A stretch of DNA of 64,000 nt, from NCBI RefSeq assembly GCF_038025025.1, contig NW_027117343.1, forward strand, positions 1,984,001-2,048,000, read 5' to 3'. The stretch is from Phyllosticta citribraziliensis (lineage: Eukaryota). The notes under the pieces were generated by a model. It was not told where the DNA came from, made no database searches, and was given only the letters and a program-made list of their open reading frames with translations. Positions 14,105 through 26,289 of the stretch are shown piece by piece. Positions within the stretch are counted from its first letter, which is position 1, and every line of letters starts with the position of its first letter. Position numbers and translations under genes: made by a program.

Positions 14105-15961
14105 ATGTCGTGAGTACTTTCCGGTCTACAACTCTTCAGCATGACTCGAGACGAATCTATTCACGACAACTTTTTACCTCGCGCTACAAGCAGTCACGTA
14201 TTCGACTGTACCTTTTCTTTTGTCTCCGATAGGTCTAACTTGACATGTCCACTTAGGTCGTCATCCAAACGCAACCTCAAACCAACACCCCTTTCTGCTT
14301 CTCCCTCCCAGCTCACCGTCTCTGGCGACTCATTCGGCGCAACCGGGCCCGGCGCATTTGCTACCTCCCAACAAGCTGCTGCCGCAGCCGGAGCAGGCAA
14401 TGCCACGGCGGCACCCGCTGTGGTTGACCCTTTTGCTGGCACCGCTTACGCTCAGCAGCCTGCACCCATTGGATCAACGTCGGCAACAGCAGGCGGATCA
14501 CCGACAAACCCACGCAAACGACGCGCGTCCGGAGCAGTAACCGGTGCAACGGCGCAGCTCGCGCCCAACACGGCGACGATTGCGCCGGCGAGCGTGACGG
14601 CGACCGGAGCAGGGACGACAGCGTATACGGATCCGGCTGGACTCGGAGCAGCGGGTGGAGGAGGGGGGCCAGGAGGAGGGGACCCGGCGATAATGGCAGA
14701 AGGGGGCGTGGTGGCGGGCGCTGGGGCGGTACAGCCGCCGCCGCCGAAAAAGGGGAGGACGAACACGCCCTGGACTGCGGCCGAGGAGCAGCGGCTGAAG
14801 ATTATGAGGGACGCAGGAAACAGCTGGAGTGAGATTGCAAAGGTAAGGCGGACCCCGCGCTCTTTGTGTGAGGGGAGACGTAAGATGAGGGCGACTGTGG
14901 TCAAGAAGAGGGGGACAGGTGCGGGCTTTTGAAGAAGGCGATCAACGCGGACCAAGTGACGTATCGACTTACACGGTGGGGACTGACGGCTGCGCGCGTG
15001 TAGACCTTTCCTACCCGGACCGAGGGCAGCGTGAAAAAGCACTGGTACAAGGTACGTTACCCCTATGTCCCCCACCACCTCCTCTGTCTGTCTCCCATGA
15101 GTCTTTCTCCACGTCACCCTCCATTTCCTCTTCCGTCCGTTTGCGCTTCTTCGGCGGCCAAAGAGCTGAGCAAGAGTCTCGGACACGTCGACCCTCTCTC
15201 ACACGGGCACACATACACATACACACAGACTATGAGAGGGCTTGCCCTTCTTCGCGCAACGTTACTGACCTGTGTCGCCGTTACGCTGTAGGACATGCAC
15301 TATGCCGAGTTCGCCGAAGACGAGGTGAGCCCCAAAAAGAATCTTCATCATCCCGCGCCCGCCGGACAACCGCATGAACTGCTGTTTGTGAGACTGTGGC
15401 GGAAGACAAAGAGCTCGGCTGATCAAAAGGGCGGGCCTCCTCTCTGCCCGCGAGTGAACAGAGCGCCGCACTACTCGCCGCCATCAAAGAGTACGAAGCT
15501 AGCAAGTGGAAAGTCATTGGGGCCAAGGTTGGCAAGCCTGCGAAGGTGAGTGCGCTCAAATCATTTTCCCCGCGTCTTTGTTCTATCGACCATTCGGATC
15601 CCTGCTCTGCGAGAGGAGGCGCTTGATTGTGCCCGCGGTTGCTCATGCAGATTTCTTTCCTTTCATTTCTCCCTTTTGTTCAACGCGTGTCAGACGAGCC
15701 GTGCTGTCGTAGAACGGTTGCGCGCTTCGGCCAGCAAAGAGCGTTCCCCAGCCCGGATGAGATAAGCAGCTGTGGCGTCGTGAAGAAACACAGCACCATG
15801 CCCAAGGCGGCCGGCGAACTGCGCGATTATCACACATTGGCTTTTGGCCCGCCTTGTCCCATGATTGCCACAAAAGCTTTGGAACGAGACTTGACGAGCT
15901 GACTTGGGACGGACAGGCTTGCGAACAGTATGCGAAGGAACACTTTGGCGGAAAGTTCTGA
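14105..15961 (+). CDS. Myb/SANT-like protein (Myb-B), about 266 aa; exons 14105-14109, 14257-14842, 15004-15051, 15292-15324, 15462-15545, 15917-15961
   Basis: Five GT..AG introns join a continuous frame (801 nt): 'KKGRTNTPWTAAEEQRLKIMRDAGNSWSEIAK|TFPTRTEGSVKKHWYK|DMHYAEFAEDE|SAALLAAIKEYEASKWKVIGAKVGKPAK|ACEQYAKEHFGGKF*', i.e. two Myb-like repeats. The 5-nt first exon (ATGTC|GTGAGT) is less certain. Confidence 0.88.
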
Positions 15962-18900
15962 CAAGAGGCAGTTTTCTTTCCTGGGTCATGAGGCAGACGG
16001 GTGGTGCTGGTAGCTGGCGAATCCCAGTCTTTGGGCATTCTCTGGTCTTTTTCATTTTCCTTTCCCTTTCTTTCATCAGTCCTCATAACACATGGCACGC
16101 ATCTGGATTTTTTTTATTTTTGGGCAATCTGGGCGAGTATGATGATACCAGTGGTCATTCTTCTAATTGGGACGGCACGACATATCAACGCACACAGCAA
16201 GTCGGAAGGGATGGCGAGGTGCGGGATTCCGCATCTGGGCAACACAAAAAACTTGCTGCTGCTGTTGGTTGCTTCTGCACTTTTTTTTACCCTCTACTGC
16301 GTCTTTTTGGCTTTTCTTCACCCTTGCTTGCTCTCTTCCCACCACTCCTGCAGCCATCCACCTGTCCCTGCCTGGCCTGCTCCTCGACAACCAGGCTGGC
16401 GGGAGTCGAATCGGTGCATGGTCCCTCGAGCGCAGCGCCGGCTCTAGTCGCCTGACGTTCCCTGGGCGATAGATGTGTCTGTCTGTCCAGTAAAGTTTCT
16501 ACGTGTAGTGTTGCAAGCGTATCCGAGTCATGATCCCACATTCGCTCTAGAGCAGTGCGCGGCGGCGCAGCAGCAGCAGCAGCAGCAGCGCGGCAGCTAC
16601 GCGAGATGGCGAATAAGATTTCCACGACCTTGTTACATTCCCAAGCTGTCGGGGCTCGAATTCCTGGGCCGGTGACGGGAGACTGGGGTCAAATTGGCCG
16701 TTTTAGACATGCCAAATTGGAATCCACCGTCTCTGGTTTAGTCTTCTATGAAAGCGGCTGGAGCTCCAGGGGGGCCGACTGGATAGGTCGGATTCCGGAG
16801 GAGAGGACTTGCTTGGACAGGGTGTAGAGCACGGTCGAATCATGTCCCAAGGCATCAAAGGCTATTTCTGTGAATATGCAAGCCGGACTTGGCCCCCGGC
16901 ACAGCGATTGCCCATATCACAACTGCCGGATGGTCAGAATCCGAAAAACAAATCGCACTCTGAGACAGGAAGTGCTGTCCAGAGTTCAAGGGATGTCAGA
17001 AAGTCTGATTTCCCGCGGTGTTGCCGGTTTGGGAGCGTTCAGAGCGAAGATATGCTTCGGTTGCGGTGCCGACAAGCTCAACGTCGTGGTCCAGGGGCCG
17101 AAGCGACGTGAACAAACGCAGACGCAGCGCTCCATATTCGGATGAGTGAGCTCTACTGGTCGCGCCCATCAGCTTGGATAAGCACTGTAGGTAGAAACCA
17201 GCCGCAGGCCCAGGCGGTGCCGTGAAGAGTCAAGGCGTTGACGGCCCGCCAGACACGGGAGGGAAGCGTGCCTGAGTGCCCTGCTCATCAGGCGCGCACG
17301 GGCGGGACCGTTGGAAAGCAAGCTGAACGGGTCGCCAACATTATATTGCTGACAATGGATTATGGCATCTGGATGGTTTGGATGGGAGTTGATGGCGATG
17401 CGATGACGGTGATCAAGGCCTTGGAGGATTTTGGGATCATCCACGTTCTTAGCGCCTCACGTGCCCACCTTGGTTCAACTCCCGTCCTGCCCATTTTCCG
17501 TCAGCTTTCCTCCTCGCCTTCCACTCTACAGCCTGGCATTTCCTTCAATCATCTCCCCTGACCAACGTCTTCAAGCTCTGTCGGTACCTCATCTGGACGG
17601 ACGGTCATGGCGCTCGACTTACGCCCGCATCATGCTTCCACCAGCATGCCTGGCTGTCCTTTTGCGCCCCCGCGCTGACGCTGCGGCCGGGCCTTCACCT
17701 CGACCACCGCCGAGTCAGATTCGTCCTTCGATTCATGGCTCATTCGTCGCCGAAACATTCAACCGCTCAGCCTTTTACACGCATGCCGCATGAGCTGCTA
17801 TTTGGAGGCTTTTGTACAAGTCAAAAGTTCCGCGTTCTCGGCGTGTCGCTCCACCGAAGGCCGTGTCGGCGGTGATCTTCACAGGGCCTTTATGCTGCCT
17901 TGACCAGTATAGACCGGGGCGTCGCATATAGTGCGGCCTGAAACGGCTTTCGTCTGGGTTACTTGACCCTCGCCTCCGCGACCCTTTGCGTCAGTGAGAG
18001 GCAATGGCCCGCACAATGGCCAAGGCCAAGTCCACATCCCACGGCACTTCATCGTCTGCGGTCCCGTGCCGCTGCTGCGGTGCAATGAAGATGGCCTGCG
18101 TACCCCAAGGTTGGATTCGTCGCAGCCAGCCCGCAAGCCTCGCCCGTTCCAGCTTGGGACTGCCGCGCTCAAAAGTTGTTCCCTACGCCTTGTTTCTGAG
18201 ACGACGCAATGTGCTGTAAGCTGTAAGCCTCCCGCACCCCGGCATGGCCCGCTGCCGGCAACGGTTTTCTCGCCTCCTATTCGACCCCGTCTGACGGTGA
18301 GACTTCTCCCCCAATGCAACATGCGGCGTGGTCGAGGACAGAGTGCGATGCTGCAGCCGTTCCAGGCAAGAGGTAAGAAAATGACCGCCACGGTCGCTCT
18401 GGTACGGTCGCTCTGGTCGTCTTCTCGGTGCCTTCAATCTTGTGCGCCCAGCCATTGCAACATGACCAGAGACGGCGATGGCTCAGAGGATCGGTACTGG
18501 GCCACTGCGGATCCAGGCAAATGATCACCGCAGCATCTGTTCGCGGTGGAGTGCGTTGCTGGTCCAGCCCGGGCCCAGCGTTCGCGCGCGCTCGCGCGCA
18601 ACACTCTTCAGGAACCAAGGCCGTCTGCGCCTGCTCGAGCAACTTGTACCCTCTGTGCCGTGTTGTGATCGCACAGGGCTGCGGATTGGACGTGGAGAAC
18701 AGAGGCCCAGTCCGCGATATTTCGATGCCACTTTTCTCTTGGACACTGACCACTGTTGCTCCTGGACCGTCCACCTGCGCCACTGCTATGATAAAACGCA
18801 TACCGCCCTCTCGACCACTGACGCAAACGACTACTCGCTCGTCGCTCCGATAGCTCCCCTGTTATTGCCGTGCCGGACGAAACCCTTGCCCGCTGACTGT

Positions 18901-19378
18901 TCGTCTGCTATGCTATAGCAAAACGCGAAAGGGAACCCCAAACACGTGCGATACACCCTGAACGCTGCCCACCACGGCTACTACGCCTCCCCTCACCCCA
19001 GGCCCCGAGCCTCAAACCGGGAAATTCCAGCAGACTTTGGCTCAGGTCTTACACGGGCAGCCTGCCAGAGCTAATCCGCTCTGGCAGTCCCCATGCATTT
19101 TTGCAACGCTGGCGAAATCCTATCGAGACTTCTCCCTCGAGTACACCGTGCACGAAAACCCGGGAGAAGAAGGCCAATCCTCAAACGTTGACATTCAGCA
19201 TGGCCTCCATCACTATGGCCTGGCACAGCCTTCTCAAAACCCCTTTCTACCTCCGGACCACGCGCCGACCCACCAGACGCTCCATCACCATGGCCATCAG
19301 CACCAACACACACTGGTCCACCTTACCACCTCGCCCGAGAACCACGCCAACTTATATCCGACCTTTCCAATCCGTCAG

Positions 19379-20302
19379 ATGGCCCATCACCAGCCACAGA
19401 CTCCCTACGTCTCTCCGACACATCCATATCAGTATCCGCCGCGGGGCCGCAAACGAAGTCCCCCTGGAGATGAACTACACTTGGATCTCCAATATGGTCT
19501 ACATAGCCCCGAGGAACCCGTTACAATGACACCCCACAGTCAGCATGGCCCATTCTTTTCTGCGCCACCGCACCCGGCACAACCGCAATTGCAGACACAC
19601 CACCATCACCGACTACCGAATCAAGGACCGCCTCATAAACTGCATCGAGGTATTTTTGGAGAAATATCGCCGCCGTCAACCTCCCACGGCCCCCCGAGCG
19701 TCGTTGGCCAAGAAGGAATGCCGCCGCCTGCTCCACGGCCACGTGGACCGAAGCTCAAGTTTACCCCTGAAGACGACCAGCTTCTCGTGGACCTAAAGGA
19801 GAAGAAGAATTTGACATGGAAGCAAATCGCCGAATTTTTCCCAGGTCGCAGCTCTGGCACATTACAAGTGCGGTACTGTACGAAACTCAAGGCCAAGACC
19901 ACAGTGTGGACGGACGAAATGGTGCGTATTCCTTCCAAAAGCTTGTCCTGACGTCGTGATGCTGCTCTGAGGCAACTTGCGTCTTGTCGGGCTGCTGAAA
20001 CGTACATTTTTTTTTGGATTTGTGGATTACATGAAGCTAATTCTTGCGTCAAGATTCAAAAACTTCGCAATGCAATGCAAGAGTACGACAATGACAAGTG
20101 GCGCATCATTTCCTCCAAAGTCGGCAGTGGCTTCTCGCCCGCCGCTTGCCGGGACAAAGCTGCCGAACTAGCTGGAGAACTACCTGCCGAGGACGAATTG
20201 GAATCAATCACGCAAGAGCCAGATGAAACCGGGCCTGCGACCTTTGGGCAGGAGGTTATCGGCTTGGCCAGCTCGAGCAGCCAACCGGTGACTTTTCAAT
20301 AA
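19379..20302 (+). CDS. Myb/SANT-like protein (Myb-C); exons 19379-19921 and 20054-20302; true start may lie upstream
   Basis: Two Myb-like repeats, 'KLKFTPEDDQLLVDLKEKKNLTWKQIAEFFPGRSSGTLQVRYCTKLK' and 'WTDEM|IQKLRNAMQEYDNDKWRIISSKVGSGFSPAACRDKA'. Intron 19922-20053 reads GTGCGT..GCTAAT..AAG. The frame is open back to at least 19037, and an acceptor (GCTAAT..CAG ending 19087) suggests an unlocated upstream exon. Confidence 0.85.
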
Positions 20303-23300
20303 CCAGCTTGCCAACTTGTCTCAGAAGTCGGTCATTTCAAACCCTTAGAGCATTTGCAATTACCCATCTAACCCCGTTGTAAATATTTTCGGACATTTCG
20401 CTTTACCGTTATTTTCTCATCCTTCCCGATCCGCGTCCTCCCGCTCTTCGCCTTCGCTTTTGGAAACTCGGAAACTTGGTTTCTGAGGGATTTCCCACAC
20501 AACGATACCCCTTTACCACAACGTTGGCAAGGCACCAGGGGGAGGCACTGCTCGCCATCTAGGCGATCGCGTTAATAAGCAATTCGAGAGGGGGTGGCAC
20601 AGGAGAGTCGCCAGGCAGACGCGCCCCGGAACAGCAGACGGCATCGGCATAGATCCGCTTTTTGACCATTTTGTGGTGTCGGTAGACTAGGGAGTAGTCT
20701 TCCCTACTTGTTTACACATATACGTCTTCTTTCGGTGCTGGTAGCCAATCAGCCTTTTTTCCATCTCGATTTTCGCAAACCCATACGTCCGTAAAACCGC
20801 TGCTTCGACGCCGGTGCGTTTCTCCTTTCACTTCGCTACTCTCCTTCGCTTCAACGTTTGAACTTTTTTTCCCTTCGGACCGGTCCGCGGATCCATCGAC
20901 CATGTCAACTCGGGTCCGGTCGCATGAGCAAGGAATATGCCATTCGGGGGGCCATTTCGCTGTGGTCGCTCTTTTGCCTGCTTGGGTGCGGATGCTCCAT
21001 CTCTTGGCCTGATGGTCTGCACATGCACGAAACAACGGCCGAAACGACTGTTCGCTGCGACCCCTGAACAACAACATTATCGAGAAATCGCATTCACAAT
21101 TGTTCCGTCACGCGGTAGATGCGACGGATCCATGGATATGCGCGTTGGTTGCGAAATCCGCACATAATGTCCATCGCTGTATATTACTCTCAACCGTTGG
21201 GCTTGCAGCCTGGATTCGCGATTTCCTGTCAAAAACAGCAAAGTCTGGGCATCTTCTGGTGCCTGATTTCTTCACAGAAAGAGAACTATCGTGTCAGATC
21301 GACAAACCCGAATACGCTGCGGCCTGGTATATAATTGTAAACAGCCTCTGTTTCCGCTCTTTCCAGAAACCCATGCCAGTTTTCCGGATAGAAGCTGTTT
21401 TGTTGGCCTGGATCTGAGTCGTCCCAAGGCTTCGTGCTAATGTGCAGATTCCCATCTATTTTCGCTGAGCCAACCCTCGGATTCTCTGACAGCGCCATCG
21501 CACCGCCATCCTGAATTAGTATTCGGGTTTCCTAGAATGAGGCAGAGGACTGACTGCCAAGCTTGTGGACACGTCCCACCCAGAGCTCCTCCAAGTTCGA
21601 GATCAAGTCGATGACGGGACCCAGCCACCTCCCGAGTACCCAAACATGGCAATCGACATGCCTTGCCGCGCCAACCGCGTCGCCTCTTGAGGTACCTGCA
21701 ACCTCTCCAGCGACACAAGACAAGGGAATAAACAAGTTGGCATGTGTCACAGCCCTGTCACATCGAAGATCCAAGGATCTATTGGCCACTGCTGGCTGAG
21801 CTCTTCACGAGCTACGCACGTGAACTTGCAGTGTCTATCACCTCGCACCGAGCATCAGTCACATTCCGACTACCCTTTCGACCACGTACCAGTACAGCTC
21901 TGGCCCACCAGATCGTCTGAATCATCCGCCACCCTGACCGTCCTCACAACCCATCATACCGCGACATTCGTACGGCTCTGGTCGCGCTTCTACCAGGAGC
22001 AGTCGTCACCGCCCCTCTTTCGAGAGCCGCTGTTGGGTCCGTGCTGATGCATCGCTTGCACGCATTCAGCCATGTACAGAGGCGAGGTCGACCGGTCGGC
22101 GATTGTGAGGGGTCGTCCTTCCTCGACGGCTCAGAAGAAGGACCACTATCGTCCACCGGTCAGAACGACTCATCAGGAGAGCCTATCAAATGTCAAAATG
22201 GAATGCTTGCAGCCTGGACTCAGTTGTCACCCTCGCTGGTCAGCCATGGCACCATGTCATTGGGCCCGTGATTACTGAGTTTCTGTGTCAAGGGTCGAGA
22301 AACGGCCGCTAAACCAGCGAGCTGTCGAGCGCTCCAGCATCCACATGTCCAGTGCAATGGATGGGTGGTTTAGCCCTTGCTAGCCAGGATGCTTGCGTGA
22401 TTGTTCATCTTCTGTCCTCCGAAGGTCGCGCGGCGCGCCTCACTGCTGTCCGTCTACCTGCAGCAAAGCACAGGCCGTGCTCGCCTCTGAGAAAACAATC
22501 CTATCCTGTCCACAGGCGTCAAAGAGCGCACTGGCAAGCCCCTCCCGACTGTGCCAAGTAACTATTGCCACAAAACAGAGCAGGGTGATTGGACGGCAGC
22601 GAAGTGTCAGGTGGCGACGTATAGCAGGGGCGAGGTATAGAAGCTGGAGCTTGCAACGTGGGAATAGTGGACCCGGCGTGCCTTGGGTGGTGTTGGTGGC
22701 CGCAGCACCGTCTCCTCTTCTTCGCCACAATGTGATACTCGGGACGCTGCTGGGTGCGCTCAGATTGAGACTGGCCCCTGCTGCTGCTTGTTCTGCCGTG
22801 GAGTTTGCGGGTGGAGAAAGCGGACCGAGGGCGTCGTGCCTGGTACGCGGAGCAACAGAGCACGGTAACTGGAGCTGGCTCCCAGACGGCCAACTACATC
22901 GCGCTGTATCTGACGGGTTATGGCAGTTGTGCGTGCGTGGAATGCTTTGACCTTTTGCCATGCTCCACAGCTGTTGGTCACTGTCATGAAGGGGTGCTCC
23001 TAGTCCTACAAGAACCAGCAACACTCGAAGCGCATCCAGTTGAAGAAGCCGCTCACCCGTCCATGACACATGAATTTTGACTAGCTAGCTCTCCAGTGTT
23101 TCCAGCTCCTACTAGCCCACCGGGCATGGAACATCGCTGAAGTACCTTGGTCTCAAGAAAGAACGACCTGCAGTCGTCATCAGCTCGCCGCGGGAACCAG
23201 ACTCTGCTTCAATCCCCATGTCCTTGTCCACGTCTTCACAGTCAAAACATGCTCAACTTACCAACCCGGACAAATATGAACGGCACGAACTGTCCATTTG

Positions 23301-23986
23301 TCAATCTGTCTTGTCTCGTCGACATGGGCGCGTCGGCCCGGTCGGCTTCATGCGCGGCAGGCCTGCACGCATCTAGATCCAACCCTACACATGTTGGCAT
23401 CATGCGTCCACGCATTCGACAAGCTTGTCCCAGAAACCAGTAATTCTCCGGCCTGAGCAGATTTGGCGGATGCAGTTGAACCTCATTCTGTGACGGTCTG
23501 GTTGGGCAGCGCCCCTTGCGTTGCGCTGTGCCGCCCGTCCTCTGTGTTTGCCGGCCAAAGGTTGACTTGCAGTTTTTTTCGTTGCTGACGCGCTGGTTAT
23601 CGATTTCTGGAAGAGATCAGGATAGTCGTCCCTTGCCTACGTTGGCGGTTTAACTGGCTCTGGTCCGTCCTCGTTTCGATGCTGAGAAGTGCGTCAAGTC
23701 GGTTGGTGGATCTCACGCGAGCTTGCTGTGCGCTTTACATAGAATGCTGCGCCGCTGAGAGCGCGTCGACAGCCAATGTTGTTCCAGTTGCGCGCGCTTG
23801 GAGTAGCCGCTGTCCGGCGTAGGTCTTCGTCGAAGACCAATCAGAAGACTTCGTGATGTCGTGGTGTGGGGCCTGTACGTGGAGCCTTGCAAAGCTTCCC
23901 AATTTAAATACACCACAGTCATTCATGTCTCTTTGTTGGCAATAGGCAGCCATACGGCAGCTGTTACCTGCAGAAGAATTCACATA

Positions 23987-23998
23987 TATAAATTTATA
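23987..23998 (+). promoter_or_regulatory. Candidate TATA element (palindromic TATAAATTTATA) of the F-box-like gene
   Basis: AT-only palindrome about 65 nt upstream of ATG 24063. Confidence 0.4.
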
Positions 23999-24062
23999 CA
24001 TCGATACATCACTCTCCCCAGGTCTTTTCTGTCTTTCTGCAAAGACCGGTCCAGCAACGGCG

Positions 24063-26002
24063 ATGTCTGATCCTGATCAGATTTCGACCCATCATGGCGT
24101 CGAATCAAGAGACCGCGGACATGCGGGCAAAATACTGCTTTCATTTCCGCAAGAGATTCTCGACTTGATCATGAGTCCTCTGGACTTTGACACGATCAAA
24201 TGTCTGCGTCTTGCCGCCAAGATATTCGTTCCGGGAGCCAACGCGCTTCTGTTTCAAGACTTGAAAGTTGCGCTGCCTCATGATTGGGAGAGGACCGTTG
24301 CGATATCCAAGAATCTTCCGCTTGCCCGGTGTGTCAAGCAACTGACATTGGTCCGGTTGCCAGCGCTTCCCCTGGCGGATATTTTTCAAAGGTTTCTCCC
24401 TGATTGTCAAGAAATATGTGAGTCCTCGTGTTCTTGTATCAGAAAATAGGTCGGTGGTGTCGGAAGACAGGCGTCGTACCATTGGTTTGTACCAATTCTA
24501 ATTCGGTATGTACAGTTCCTCAATGGTCACGAAGCAAGATCGAAGAATATCGCAATCTATACCAAAAGCGTCGACATGAAGGGGCCAATGAACAATACTA
24601 TTTGAGCCAAGCATGGAAAACCAGAATTTATGAAAGAGGAGATCCATTGCCTAAATTTTGTGAAAGTTGTGAGCAATCCACGGCGGCGGGCGACGAAGAA
24701 CTGAAGAAGTTCCTTCAGAGCGTGGTTGAAAAGTTCGAGAAAGCTCTTTTGAATATGCCAAATCTGCGCTCCTTCGTTGGCCCTGTGGAAAGCTCCGACG
24801 TGCTAGGGTTACTGGCAAACTCTCATCGCACGCCCAATGTTCGTGAGCATCATCCTCCAGAGGTATTCTACGGATTTGTCAGGGCCAAGTCGGGAGCGCA
24901 CTGGAAACATTCAAGACCATATCAACACGATCAGGTCCTTCACCTGATGCGCTTCTTTGGATGGCGCAATTCCCTCGGAAAGAGACTGGAGAACATCGAA
25001 GTGGAATTTGATTGCAGGCTGCCAGAAATGCAGCGAATTTTGAAGAGAATCGGATGGTGGAAGACAGAACCGGAATTCGGGGTGCGAAGCGTCTGCTCCC
25101 ACGGCCCACACAACTACTCGTTGTTTCTTGACAGCGTCGCGGAAGCGACAAATGTGGATTTTACGATCTACACTGAACTTGGTAGAGACGATGTCGAGCT
25201 TGAATTTTTGGGCGGACCTGGTCAGGATATGGTTATTGCTGCTCAGGGGGTCAAACATCTCTGCTTCAAGATCGCCAACGGGACTCGAGAGTACGCCCCC
25301 GATGACGACGATAGTTTGATGAATGTGTGGGGGAGCCAAAATGGCAAAATTGTCACCATCGGCCTTGATTTATCACTTCCCAAATGGAAAGACCTCCAAA
25401 TCCTCCTCCTCAACGGCATCCAATCGATTGCTCCGTCCTTCGTAGATCTCCTCAGATCGTACGCTTCTAGACTGCGTGAGCTACAATTGATCGACATTGT
25501 TCTTCACGTGGAAAGGCACGAAAAAGACCCTGTTTGGTGGACCATTTTCAAACTGATCAGGGCCCAAAATGTGAACAGAAACTTGAAGAATGTCCTCTTC
25601 TCTGGCCTGATTCAAAAGGCTGGATTTGTCTGTTCGAAGGGGGAAACAGTATCTCACGGCATTGAATACAAGCGATTTATCGAGGACGACGCCTACGCCC
25701 TAGAGTATTTCTCCGAAGGCTTCGCCAGCAGCAGAGTCTACCAGCTCGAATTCCGACAGAGGATCTATGACTTCATTCTCCAAAGAACCGACTACGTGCC
25801 AGAGGAACAAGACGACTGGGACTTTGCTTATGCACATGTTCAGACTTGCGACGTCCACATGAGACATCAGTTGTGTCCGCACGAAAATCTGCACTGGTCA
25901 CTGCTGAATCTCCTCAGGAAAACGAGGGGAAAAGCCCGCTCTAAGTCCAAAAATTGGGACGCGAATAAAATCCATGGTTTTGTGCGCATGGACAACATCT
26001 AG
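24063..26002 (+). CDS. F-box-like protein with leucine-rich/RNI-like C-terminal part, about 613 aa; exons 24063-24417, 24516-26002
   Basis: N-terminal 'LLSFPQEILDLIMSPLDFDTIKCLRLAAKIF' fits the F-box pattern. Intron 24418-24515 (GTGAGT..TTCTAAT..TACAG) joins the two track ORFs in frame. Later segments such as 'WKDLQILLLNGI' and 'RLRELQLIDI' are LRR-like. Confidence 0.72.
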
Positions 26003-26289
26003 AACTCAAGGCTTGTTATCAAACATTGTGACATGGTAATGGAATCTGGAGTGGTTGGCTTCGTAGAACCAATTGTACGTGACGGCGAGAAAATGGCCAG
26101 GTAGAAGTATCTCATAAATTCAGGAACGCAACAATGGACAGCAGAGCAGATGGGGAGCATTCCACGCTTCGATAGGCGATTAATAGAAAAGCCAAAGACA
26201 AACAAATCAATCGGCAGAACAAAGCGAAGTAAGACATGAAGTGGCACAAATTTTTCCAGCCACAAGCAACCAAGACGCCCTGACAAACC

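Noticed and set aside
24418..24515. Apparent frameshift or pseudogene between ORFs 24063-24449 and 24428-26002
   Set aside because: A canonical 98-nt intron joins them in frame.
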